Origin: an uncultured Actinomycetes bacterium
GTDB lineage: Bacteria > Actinomycetota > Acidimicrobiia > IMCC26256 > PALSA-610
DNA: 64,000 nucleotides
Assembly: GCA_963839575.1 (NCBI GenBank)
Contig: CAWIVQ010000003.1
Span: forward strand, 2,269,378-2,333,377
Direction: 5' to 3'
The translations under genes were made by a program, and so were the position numbers. Below are positions 1-11,300 of the stretch, in pieces (position 1 is the first letter of the stretch; each line of letters begins with the position of its first letter). Below the pieces are notes generated by a model. It saw nothing but the letters and a program-made list of their open reading frames with translations. It was not told the DNA's origin and did no database searches.

Positions 1-925
1 CTCGCGCACGGGCTCGTCGACAACGTGGCCAAGCGCGGCAGCTGCGACTTCGTCGACGACATCGCCAAGCCGCTGCCGTTGATCGTGATCGCCGAGATGC
101 TCGGCCTCGCGGTCGAAGAGCGCGAGCGGCTCGCGCACTGGTCGGACACGATGATGGCGGGTGAAGGCGCCGACGCCGACGACCCGCGGCAAGCAGCTGC
201 GGGCGAAGCGTGGGCGGAATACATCACCTATCTCGTCGGCCTGCTCGAGGAGCGGCGCGCGCACCCCCAGGACGACCTCATCTCCGTGCTGCTCTCCTCC
301 GCCGACGCCGGTGAGATCTCGTTCGACGAGCAGGCCCTGATGGCCAAGGTGCAGGCGGGCGGGCTCGCCGACGCGCGGTCTCGGCCTCGGTGCCGACGAC
401 CTGCTCGCGTTCCTCGTGCTGCTGCTCGTCGCGGGCAACGAGACGACGCGCAACGCGCTTTCCGGCGGCATGCTCGCGCTGTCGAGCTTCCCCGGCGAGC
501 GCGACAAGCTCGTCGCCGATCTCGGCCTGGTGAACAGCGCAACCGAAGAAATCCTGCGTTACGTCTCGCCCGTGATCAGCTTCTCGCGCACGGTCACGAG
601 CGACACCGAGCTGCGCGGCCGTTCGCTGAAGGCCGGCGACGTGTTGCTCAACGTGTACCCGAGCGCGAACCGCGACGCGGAGGTGTTCGACGACCCCGAC
701 GCGTTCCACGTCGACCGCTCGCCCAACCTGCACCTGGCGTTCGGTACCGGTCCGCACTTCTGTCTCGGCGCGAACCTGGCCCGCACCGAGATCCGGGTGT
801 TGCTGGAGGAGCTGTTCACGCGCCTGCCCGACATCCACGTACCCGAGGGTGTCGACGCCGAGCGGGGCGCCAACGCGCTCGTCACCACGATCCAGCACCT
901 CCCGGTGGAGTTCACCCCCGCGTAG
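1..925 (+). CDS. cytochrome P450 (5' end outside window; one frame change around 345-415 as assembled)
   Basis: Frame 1 reads IAKPLPLIVIAEMLGL...DDLISVLL. Frame 2 continues DDLLAFLVLLLVAGNETTRNAL (I-helix), EEILRY (ExxR) and the heme loop FGTGPHFCLGANLAR. Stop at 923-925. Confidence 0.85.
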
Positions 926-1741
926 CGTGGCGATGCGCCGTCAGGCCGGCGGCGCGCACGGTGACGATCGCGACTGCCGTGGTGCGCTGCGCTCCGGCAT
1001 CGATGACCTCGACCCGCAACACCGTGCCGTCGCTGCGGGCGCCGACGGCGCGCGCCGTCGCGCGTACGGGGCCGACGCGGTTCGGCGCGAGGAAGTGCAG
1101 GACGACGTCGGTGGTGTGACCGCCGCCGGTCGCGTACTCCGCGGCGAGGTCGACCAGCGTGGCGACGACGCCGCCGTGCAGGATCCCCCACGGATTGCGC
1201 AGCTCGTCGGTGAGGTCGATCTCGAGGGTGTCGGCGCCGACCGGTCGGATACCGAGCCACTCGGGGATCGCGGGCAGGTCCGCGGCCGCGCCGGCGCCGG
1301 TATCGAGCACGAGGGGCCGCGGCCACTGGGGTGGACCGTTCTCGGGAACGAGGATCGCGGAGGTGAGCACGCCGCTGGCGACGAGTGCGTCGGCGGCGCC
1401 CTCGTCGCGGATCTGCACTGTGGTCACGACGTTGTTGCGGCCGCGCCTCAGCACCGTGGAATCGATACGCAGCGGACCGGCGTGCGCGAGCGCCACGACG
1501 CGCGCCGCCAGGTTGGTCGAGACCACCCACGTCGGGGAGCGCGGCGAGGCCTCCGTTGAGGCCACCGACGTTGTCGAGCATCGTCGAGCAGCGCGCCGGT
1601 TCGGACCCCGCCGGCCGGATCGCAGAGATGGGGCGCGACCGGCGCGTGCCCGACGAGGTGCAGCTCGTCGGTCTCGCGCATCGTGACGCCCACGTAGCGG
1701 CCGACATCGCGCCCCGGACCCGACTCGGCGAAGTGGGTCAC
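912..1741 (-). CDS. PaaI/hotdog-fold thioesterase, double-hotdog type (2 frame changes near 1560-1610)
   Basis: C-terminal half has NPWGILHGGVVATLVDLAAE...GPVRATARAV. The N-terminal half is rebuilt from two other frames (VTHFAESGPGRD..., MLDNVGGLNGGLAA). The GTG start overlaps the upstream stop (ACGTGACC). Confidence 0.7.
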
Positions 1742-2561
1742 GTGAGGCCCCGCGTCGCGACCGCGTGCGCGACGGTCATCAGCCGGTCCTCGGCGCCGGA
1801 GTCGACGAGCTCGACGCGGGCCGAGCCGTGGCCGGTAGCCGTGCCCAGGATCTCGACGGCGGAGCGCACCGGCCCGATCTTGCCGAACCCGAGGTAGGTG
1901 ACGTAGAGGTCGGTGACGACGACGGCTTCGCCCGTCGCGGCACGCAGCGCGTGCTCGGCCGCGACCTCGGCGACGGTCGCGACCACCCCGCCCTGCATCG
2001 CGCCCATCGAGTTGAGGGACCACTCGATGACCGGCACGTCGATCACGCCGTGGTGAGTGTCTTGCACCACGACACCCAGCTCGTCGAGCAGATGTTGGCG
2101 CAGGCGCGATTCCGTCGTGGCCATCGTCGAGGAGCTGTGGCGGATGCTCCCGATCTCGGGATTCGTCTCGCGGCGCGCGAGCACCGCGAAGCTCATCGTC
2201 GCGATCCCGATGTTCCGGTCGTGCTCGTCGACCAGCGCAACCTCGATGACGACGGTCGTTCGCCCCGCCCGCAGTACCTCGGCCCGCGCTTCCACGACCG
2301 AGCCGGGGCGCGCCGCGCCGACGAGGTGCAACGTGAGATCGGCCGTCGCGATCCAGCCCGGTTCGGCCGCGCTCGCCGCGAGCCCGCCGCCGAGCACGTC
2401 GACGAGGGTGGCCAGCGCGCCCGCGCGCGCCTGGCCGAGGTCGGTGCACAGCTCGGGGACGACCGGCATCCACGCCCGGCTGCGCGGCGGTCGGCGTCGT
2501 GCTCGAACGAGAAGCGCAGATCGCGCAGCAGGTGCTGTTCGGGCGGGTAGGTGGCGGCCAT
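1738..2561 (-). CDS. double hotdog-fold thioesterase (paralog of the downstream gene)
   Basis: Intact 243-aa ORF 1738..2469 with two hotdog halves (GALATLVDVLGG..., MQGGVVATVAEVAAE...). It probably extends to ATG 2561 (MAATYPPEQHLLRDLRFSFEHDADRRAAG) through one frame change near 2470. Confidence 0.75.
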
Positions 2562-2625
2562 CAGGACCGGACGGTACCGAACCGGCACGCGATCGCGCCT
2601 TTCGAGCGGGGCGATCTGCGATTCC

Positions 2626-2943
2626 TCAGTCGGCCGGCTCGACGTCGACGATGTCGTCCGCCTCGACGACTGCGAGCGTCGCGACCGTGCCCTTCGGGTC
2701 GACGCGGCCGAACTCGTTGCGCTTGTACGCGTTGCCGTCGCCGTCGAACGCCCACGCGTGTCCGGGACAGACGAGCTCGTCGTCGACGACGTAACCCTCG
2801 GCGAGATCGTGATCGAGGTGCGGGCACCACCGCGGCGCGCTGCGGACCCGACCGTCGTGGCCGCGCCACAAGACGTACTCCTCACCGTCGACCTCGACCA
2901 CGCGCACCGCGCCGGGCGCGAGCGCGGCTGCCGGCAGCCGCAC
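2626..2943 (-). CDS. Rieske [2Fe-2S] domain protein
   Basis: CPHLDHDL...CPGHAWAF Rieske motif pair. The GTG start overlaps the upstream stop (TAGTG). Confidence 0.85.
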   Translation of the reverse strand: MRLPAAALAPGAVRVVEVDGEEYVLWRGHDGRVRSAPRWCPHLDHDLAEGYVVDDELVCPGHAWAFDGDGNAYKRNEFGRVDPKGTVATLAVVEADDIVDVEPAD

Positions 2944-3514
2944 TAGTTGACCGTCGCGTCTTCGGGATAGTTCGAGAAGAGCGCGAGGCGACCGCGCTGG
3001 CGGCGCAGCACGTCGCGCCACAGCGTTCCCGGTGCGTCGACGAACGGATCGTCGGGTTCGAGGTCGACGACGAACCACCCGCCCTGCTCGAGCTCGGCTT
3101 CGAGCTGTCCCGGCGCCCAGCCCGCGTAGCCCCCGAACACGCGGAGGGATTCGAGCGCGGCACCGATCCGAGCGGGTCGTCGGCAAGGTCGACGGTGCCG
3201 AGGTCGTCGAGGATCTGGACGAAGCTCTCCATCTCGGCGCGGGCGAAGTCGGCGTGGCGCCGGCGCGCGAGGGCGATGACCGCGTCGGTCGCGACCGGGC
3301 CGCCCGCGAACACCACCTCCGGGGGCGACGTGACGCCGCGCCACTCGGGGAAGACGTCGTCGATCGCGGTCTCGCTCGGCCGGTTCAAGACGATGCCGAG
3401 CGCGCCGTCGTCGCCGTGCTCGAGCACCAGCACGACGGTCCGGTCGAAGTTCGGGTCGACGAGGGGCGGCGCGGCCACGAGCAACCGCCCGCGGAGCGAT
3501 TCGGGCTCGGGCAC
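2943..3514 (-). CDS. YqgE/AlgH family protein (UPF0301), one frame change near 3167
   Basis: N-terminal part LRGRLLVAAPPLVDPNFDRTVVLVLEHGDDGALGIVLNRPSE and C-terminal part LRVFGGYAGWAPGQLEAELEQGGWFVV lie in two frames. Confidence 0.8.
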
Positions 3515-3580
3515 GACTCGAATATTGGCACGACGGATCGGGCCAACCGGAGCCGCGGGGCGCGCCGTAGCATCGCCGGT

Positions 3581-4970
3581 GATGAGCGTCTCGTCCGGTC
3601 TGCTCGCGGCCCTTCGCGACGCTGTCGGTGCCACGCACGTGCGCACCGATCCCGATCTGGTCGAGGCCAACGTCGTCGACTGGACGGGCCGGTTCCGCGG
3701 CGCGACCGCCGCGGTCGTGCGGCCCGGGAGCGTCGACGAGGTCGCGGCCGTGCTCGCGCTCTGCAACGCGGCGGGTACCGCGGTCGTCCCGCAGGGCGGG
3801 AACACCGGGCTCGTCGGCGGCTCGGTGCCGCTGCACGGGGAGATCGTCGTCGACCTCCGGCGCCTCGACGCGATCGGGCCGGTCGACGCGCGGACCGGGC
3901 AGGTCACGGCGCAGGCGGGGGTGACGCTGGCGCGGCTGCAACGGCAGCGCCCGCGCCGCGGGCTGGCAGTACGGCGTCGACCTCGGCGCGCGCGACGTGG
4001 CCACGGTCGGGGGCATGGTCGCGACGAATGCGGGCGGCGTGCACGTGTTGCGCTACGGGCCGACGCGCCGCCAACTCGTCGGCATCGAAGCGGTGTTGGC
4101 CGACGGCCGTGTCATCCGGCGCCTCGACGGGCTCGAGAAGGACAACTCCGGGTTACGACCTCGCCGAGTCTCGTGTGTGGCAGCGAAGGAACGCTCGCGG
4201 TCGTGACCGCGGCGCGTCTGCGCTTGCACGCGCCGACCCGGTACTCGGTCCTCGCGCTCTGCGCGTTCGACGATACGGACATCGCGCTCGACGCGGTGGG
4301 AACGCTGCGGCGCGAGCTCGACTGCGTGAACGCGATCGAGCTCTTCTTCGACGAACGGGCTCGACCTCGTCTGCGATCGCCTCGGCCTCGCGCGGCCGTT
4401 CGCGGCCGCGCACGAGGCCTACGTCCTCGTCGAGGCGGCGGCCAACACGGATCCGACCGATGCGCTCGGCCGCGCGGTGGAGGCGTGCGCGGGCGTGGCC
4501 GACGTCGCGGTCGCGACCGATGCCGCCGCCGCCCGTGCCCTGTGGCGCTACCGCGAAGGCCATCCGGAGGCCATCAACCTGCTCGGTACGCCGCTGAAGC
4601 TCGACGTGTCGCTGCCTGCGGGTGCGCTCGCAGCGTTCATCCACGACGTGCCCGCGCGCGTGGCCGTCGTTCGCGCCCGACGCGTCGGTGTGGATGTTCG
4701 GGCACGCCGGCGACGGCAACGTGCACGTGAACGTCACCGGCGCTCTCGCTCGACGCGGAGCGTGTCACCGCGGCCGTGTTCGAGCTGGTCGCGGCGCGCA
4801 ACGGCTCCATCAGCGCCGAGCACGGCATCGGGGCGGCCAAGCGCGGCTATCTGCATCTAGTGCGCAGTGCGGTCGAGATCGCGACGTACCGCGCGATCAA
4901 GCGTGCGCTCGACCCGGTCGGCATCCTGAATCCGAACGTGCTGCTTCCGGATGCGGCGACCGACGCGTGA
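3581..4970 (+). CDS. FAD-linked oxidase (GlcD / D-lactate dehydrogenase family), at least 6 frame changes
   Basis: VVRPGSVDEVAAVLALCNAAGTAVVPQGGNTGLVGGSVP, MATVGGMVATNAGG, CGSEGTLAVVTAARLRL, MFGHAGDGNVHVNV and SISAEHGIGAAKRGYL are spread over all three forward frames in family order. Confidence 0.8.
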
Positions 4971-5128
4971 CGCGCGCTTGACAACTCCGGGCGAACGGCA
5001 ACACTGAAGACCTGAGTGTCGCATCGGTGCGCGGCGCCGCGTGCAGGTGTGGCCAGGCTCGGGTCGCCGTTCGTCGGACCGCCCGCCGCCTTCGGCGATC
5101 CGAGCCCCTTTCCGACCCGAGCCCCGCG

Positions 5129-5734
5129 CTAGGTGAGCGGCTCCGCGGCGCGAGCCGGATCGTTCGCCGGGAGTTGATCCTGCGCCCAGGTCATGCGTTT
5201 CCAGTCGGGGATCGGCGCCTCGACGTCGGGCTTCGGCACGAACTCCGACCGCTCGACCACCTGCAGCCGGTGGATGTAGCGCGAGCAGTTCGGGAAGACC
5301 TGCGTCGTCCGCACGCGCACGACCAGCGCGGCGCCGGCCATCTCCGCGCGCAGGGGATCGTCGAGGTCTACGGACGCGACTCCGTTGACGCGCACGCGGT
5401 TCGGGTGCTCGAAGTCGATGAAGAGCATCCCCACCTTGGCGTGCGAGCGAATGTTGCCGAGCGACAGGAACATCCCGTTCCCGTCGTAGACGGGGAACGC
5501 GATCGTGCGCTCGTCGAGCACGCGCACGAAGCCCGGGTCACCGCCCTTGTAGGAGCACTGCGGGTTGCCGCCGGCGTCGCACGTCGCCAGGAAGAACATG
5601 TCGCGCGACTCGATGAACGCCTTGGCGTGCTCGTCGACGCGCTCGCTCACCAGCAGCTCGTCGATCCGGTCCGCGACCCGGCGCGAGTCGAACTGATCCT
5701 GCCAGTAGCGATGGTCGTCGTTGAAGGTGCCCAC
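5129..5734 (-). CDS. pyridoxamine 5'-phosphate oxidase-related FMN-binding protein
   Basis: Intact 201-aa ORF. MFFLATCDAGGNPQCSYKGGDPGFVRVLDERTIAFPVYDGNGMFLSLGNI is typical of the PNPOx-like split-barrel family. Confidence 0.75.
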   Translation of the reverse strand: MGTFNDDHRYWQDQFDSRRVADRIDELLVSERVDEHAKAFIESRDMFFLATCDAGGNPQCSYKGGDPGFVRVLDERTIAFPVYDGNGMFLSLGNIRSHAKVGMLFIDFEHPNRVRVNGVASVDLDDPLRAEMAGAALVVRVRTTQVFPNCSRYIHRLQVVERSEFVPKPDVEAPIPDWKRMTWAQDQLPANDPARAAEPLT

Positions 5735-5761
5735 GCGACCATCGTCGCACGGTTTCGGGTG

Positions 5762-8180
5762 TCAGCGAAGCTCGTACAGCGGGTTCACGATGGCGAGACG
5801 GCCGTGGTGGTCGATCGCCATGCCCTCGACCGTCACGGTGGCGCCGATGGTGATGCCCTCGATCCCGCGGCGGCCGAAGAACACGACCGACACCGCGCCG
5901 GTCTCGTCGGCGACCGTGCACTCGAGGCTCGGGGCGCCGCCGAGGGGCTCGACGCGGATCGCCTGGATGCGGCCGTGCACCTTCACGTTCTCGCGGCAGC
6001 GCACTTCGTCGATCGGGTTCGCGCCGGGGGGCCGCACGAGCGTCGCGGTGTCGACGTGAGCCTTGCCGTTGCCCTTGGCCTTCCCGTTCTTGACGCCGTT
6101 GCCGTCGCCCGAGCCCTTGCCGTTGGTCCTGGCGTTGCCGAACGGTGCCGGCGCCGCCTCGCCGGGAACGACGATCGTCTCGCGGTCGTCGAAGTGGAAG
6201 GGCACGATGGTGACGTTCGCGTGCGGCAGCCGGGAGATCTCCCGCGACAGCGACTCCGCGGTCTGGTCGTGCAGGATGCGGTGCCACGCGCCGTTGAACT
6301 TTCGTTCCGGCAACAGCACGCAGACCTCGGAGTCGCCGGAGCTCAACTCGTGCGCGACGGTCTCGACCGCGGACCGCGTGAGCCGCCGGTCGGGGCAGTC
6401 GATCAGCTCGAGGCCGAGGTTCGTCAAGCCGTGCTCGCGCCACTCCGCCGCGAGCGTGTCGGCGCCGTGCTCGTCGATGACGAAGTGCACCGCCCGCAGC
6501 TCGTCCGGTCGCAGCGCGCGTCCGAACTGCATGGCCCGGGCCACGGCGAGGTCGAGCCGGTCGACGAACACCATGACGACGAGTCGCTTGCGGACGGGCG
6601 CGGCGACCGCCTTGGGCACGTCGTGCGCCAGGGCTTCGTCCTCCGTCTTGTACTGCTTGGCCAGTCGCATGAGGAAGAAGACCATGATCGGCACGAACAC
6701 GACGATGACCCAGGCGCCGTGCGTGAACTTGAAGATCGCGATCACGATGTCGACGACGAACGAGAGGAAGGCGCCGAACCCGTTGACGAACAGTCCGCAT
6801 CGCCAGCCCTCCTCCTTCTCGCGGATGTGGTGCTTGGCCATGCCCGCCTGCGACAGCGTGAACGACGTGAACACGCCGATCGCGTAGAGCGGGATGAGCC
6901 GGTCGACCTTGGCGTCGGTGGCCAGAAGGAGCACGATCGCGGCGGCCGCGAGGAAGATGATCCCGTTCGAGAAGACGAGGCGGTGACCGCGCTTGGTGAG
7001 TTGACGGGGCATGAAGTTGTCGCCGGCGTGGAACGACGCGAGTCGGGGAAAGTCGGCGAAGCTCGTATTGGCGGCGAGCACGAGGATGAGCATCGTGCCG
7101 GCCTGCAGGCAGTAGTAGAGGATGTTGCCGACGGCCCCGCCGCCGTACGCGAGCTTGCCGATCTGCGAGATGACGGTCGGCGTGCCGTTCGAGAACGGCG
7201 CCACGTGCATCTTGGCGTCCATGATCGACAGTCCGAGGAACATCACACCGAGCAGCGAGCCCATGACGACGAGGGTCGAGCGCGCGTTCTTCCATTCCGG
7301 CTTCTTGAACGCCGGGACGCCGTTCGAGATGGCCTCGACGCCGGTGACCGCGGCGCCGCCCGACGCGAACGAGTGCAGCACGACGCGAGCGCTCGCGCCC
7401 ATCAAGATGCCGCTGCCCTTGGTTCCCGAACGGCATGAGCACCGGAGGCGTGCTGGTAGTTCGCGCGACGCCAGGCTGCCGTTGAACGCCTTGACGACGC
7501 CGACGCCGATGAGGATTCCCATGTTGAGGATGAAGAAGTAGGTCGGGACTGCGAAGACCTTCCCGGATTCGCGCACGCCGCGCAGGTTGCCCCACGCGAT
7601 GATCACGACGAACGCGATCGAGATCCACAGGATCCACGGGATCGAACACCGAGAAGGCCGAGGCGAGGGCGGCCGTACCGGCGGCGACCGACACCGAGAC
7701 GGTCAACACGTAGTCGGTGAGCAGCGCGACGCCGGCGACCTGCGCGGGCAGCAGCCCGAAGTTGTCGCGCGTCACCATGTACGCGCCGCCGGCGGTGGGG
7801 TAGGCCTTGATCGTCTGGCGGTACGACAGGATCAAGAAGAACAAGACGACGAGGAGCGCGGTCGTGATCGGTACCACGAGCGCGAACGCACCCAGTCCGA
7901 CCACGGGGATCAGGACGCGCAGCATCTCCTCGGTGGCGTAGGCCGACGACGACAGGTTGTCCGACGCGAAGACGGCGAGGGCGGTGGGCTTGCCCAGACG
8001 TTCGTGCTCGAGTTGCTCGGTGTGCAGCGGTGGCCCGAGCAGCTTGTTCTTCAGGCGGTAGCGCACGCTGTCGGGGGGCAGCTCGAGACCGGGAACGACG
8101 GGCACCGGCATCGGCAGCGAAGACGCCGTGTCCTTGGCGGCAGGAGCCGTGTCGGTCGTCGGAGTCGGCTCGGTGAGCAA
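5762..8180 (-). CDS. APC-family amino acid permease with cytosolic C-terminal extension ending in an OB-fold-like domain (one frame change at about 7638-7640)
   Basis: N-terminus LGKPTALAVFASDNLSSSAYATEEML is followed by about 12 TM segments. The C-terminal region has a G/K-rich linker and then VKVHGRIQAIRVEPLGGAPSLECTVADETGAVSVVFFGRRGIEGITIGATVTVEGM. Confidence 0.8.
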
Positions 8181-8387
8181 GGGTCTCTCCTGCGATGCAT
8201 CCAGGCGGCCGGCCGGCCGCCGTTCTCATCACACCAGGACACCCGTCAACGGGGTATCAGGAACGCATCGGGCTCCGTCAAGAAGATGTCAAAAGCCCCG
8301 GGCCGGGCGCTCACGGGGCGGTCACAGCGGGCGTGGTTCAATGCTTCTCTACGTCGAGAACGCGCAATGCCGCCGGGCGGTTCAGGG

Positions 8388-11300
8388 ATGAGGATCGGGC
8401 GGCGCGTCGGAGTCGTGGCGCTCGTCGTCGCGGCCTCGACCGGCCTGCTCGCAACGACGCCGGTGCGGGTTCCGGCGCTCACCACCGCCCGGCCGTCCAT
8501 CCCACTCTCCCCGCCGACGGGGATTACCGGGGCGCCGGGCACTCGCCGGGCGGCGCGGGCCATCCGGCACCAGGTTCCCGACATCGACCTCGACCACGTC
8601 GTGGTGCGATTCCGTTCTCGTCCGGCCGATCTCTCGGCCCGCCTCGCGCTCGACGGTGCGCGCATCAGCCGCGTCGATCTCGGGGACGAGCTGGACCGAG
8701 CTCGCCACGCCGAATCACACCGCACGCCGGGTGCGCGCCGCGTTGCTCGCGCGATCCCGCCGTCGCCCAGGTCGTGTTCTCGTACATCCGCCACGCGTCG
8801 ACCCTGCCCAACGATCCGCAGTGGGCGGCGAAGCAGAGCAGCGTACCTCTCGCCGCTCCGGCTCGATCGGGCCTGGGACATCAGCCAGGGGAGCGGCGTG
8901 ACCGTCGCGGTCGTCGACACCGGCACCGATCTCGACCATCCTGACCTCGCGGGCCAGCTCGTTGCGGGTCGCAACGTGCTGCACCCGGGCGCATCGCCGC
9001 AGGACGACAACGGGCACGGCACGCTGGTCAGCGGGCATCGTCGCCGCAAGGACGAACAACAATCGCGGCGGTCGTCGGCATCGCGCCGAGCGCGAAAGTC
9101 ATGCCGGTGAAGGTGCTCGACTCCAGCGGGAGCGGGAGCGACGCCGACATCGCGCTCGGCATCGACTGGGCGCGCACTCACGGCGCCAAGGTGATCAACC
9201 TCTCGCTTGGGCGGGTCGTTCGACGATCCGATGCTCGCCGACGCCGTGCAGAACGCGATCGCCGCCGACATCGTCGTCGTGGCCGCCGCCGGGAACGACG
9301 TCGGCCGAGACGGTCGGGTTCCCGCCGCCGTACCCGGGTGTCATCGCGGTGAGCGCGACGACCGCCACTGGTGCACTCACGTCGTTCTCGAGCTACGGAT
9401 GGCGGATCGACGTCGCCGCGCCCGGTCTCGACATCACCTCGACCGCGCTCGGTTCGGGCGACCAGTACGCGACCGAGTCGGGTACGTCGTTCTCGTCGCC
9501 GATCGTTGCCGGCGTCGCCGCGCTCGTTCGCTCGAGGCACCCGACGTGGACGCAGCAACAGGTCGGCGACCAGATCCGCAACACCGCGCGCGACGTCGGG
9601 CTCCCGGGAGTCGATCCCGCGTTCGGGCACGGCATCGTCGACCCGCTCGCCGCGCTCGGCGGGCCTCCGGCCGCGCCGCACCCGGCCGTGCGGGTCGGTG
9701 CCGACGAACCGAACGACACCGCGACCGATGCCACGCCCGCTGGCGATCGGTGCCGTCGCACAGCGCGCAGATCGCGCCCGAGACCGACGAGGACTGGTAC
9801 CGCGTGAACTTCGTCGTCGGCGGGCTGGTACTCGATCCACGTGCCGACCGGTCCGGCCGCGCTCGACCACGAGATGGACCCGATCGTCGAGCTGTACCAC
9901 CCCGACAATTCGTTCGCGGCATCGCAGGAGCTCGCGGGCGGCGACCTCCTCTTCGACGTCACGGTCACCGGCAACTACTTCGTGCGGGTGCGGAACGTGA
10001 ACGGCAGTACGGCGCCGTACACGATCGTCGTGCAGGTCGACCTCGCACACCGGCGCGTTTCGCTGCCGTCGCTCGACGTCGACTTCGGCACGCCCGCGCA
10101 GTCGGTCGGGATCGCCGACGTCGACGGCGACGGGCGCAAGGACGCGCTCGTCGCGTTCGGTGACGCAACACGGCGTTTCCCGACACGCTCGCCGTGTTCG
10201 CCCAGACGCCGAACCGCTCCCTCTCGCTGCTCGCCGCGCTGCCGACCGATCGTGATGACGGGGGGCGGGATGGCGACCGGCGATCTCGACGGCGACGGCA
10301 GGCCGACGTGGCGATTCCCGTGAGCGGGGGCATCGACGTCTTCGCGAACACCTGAGCGCGAGCACGGTTCCCACCTTCATCGCCGCGCCGGGGACGACGA
10401 GCGGTCGCGATCGCCGACGTCGACGGCGACTCGCACAACGACATCGTCGCGGTGGGAACGTTCGGGCGTGAAGGTGTTCTGGGGGCCGTCGTTCACGGCG
10501 CCACCGACCTCGACGAGCGTGAGCGTCAGCGGCGGCGGGGTCGACCGTGGCGGTCGGCAACGTGACCGGCCACGGCGACAACCTCCTCGACGTCGTGACC
10601 TCGGGTGTCAACGTGTTCCGGCAGACGTCGGCGCGCTCGTTCGCGGCCGCGGTGCTGCACACCGTCACGAATGGTTCGGCAGTCGCCGTCGGCGACGTCA
10701 ATGCCGATACCGCGCCCGACGTCGTGACGAGCGTCCACGCGAGTCCGGGGGCAGTGAGCCGGTTGGTGTCACGACGGCAGCGGCGGTCTCGTCGCGGCGG
10801 CGGCGTTGCCGACCGAGGCGAAGCCCGAGCCGATCGCGGTTTCCGACGTCGACGGCGACGGGCGCGACGACATCGTCGTCGTGCACGACTTCGTGTCGAC
10901 GGGGTTCTTCTCGGCGCCCGCCGACGTCGGATTGGCTCCCCCAGACCGCGCCCGGCGTCTTCGGCGCGGAAGCAGACGTTCTCGATCGACGACTTCAACA
11001 CCGACCTACGACTCGAAGGCCCTCGCGGTCGGCGACCTCGACGGCGACGGTCGCGACGACGTGCTGGTCGCCACGGGGTTCGGCATCGCGATCCTCGTGC
11101 AGAACTCGGGGCTGCTCCCTTCGCTCGGCGCAGCCTGGGTCGTCGACGCGCAGCCGCAGTCGCTCGCGACGAACGTGGCGGCCGGCGTCGAATCCGACCG
11201 TCACGCTCGGGCGCAACGTGACGAACGTCGACGGGACGACGGTGCAGCTCCGCGATGCCGTGGGGCACACCGTGGCGGCAACGGTTTCCTACAACGCGTG

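Noticed and set aside
5027-7438. 803-aa forward ORF, with similar very long ORFs at 15835..18546 (+, 903 aa), 9178..11268 (-, 696 aa), 25633..26802 (-), 21665..22714 (-) and 18887..20281 (+).
   Set aside because: They lie antisense to, or out of frame with, genes that have strong family signatures (APC permease, asnB, S8 protease, ABC importer, amidohydrolase, LigD-Pol). Their translations are Arg/Asp/Gly/Val-rich low-complexity strings typical of shadow ORFs in ~70% GC DNA.
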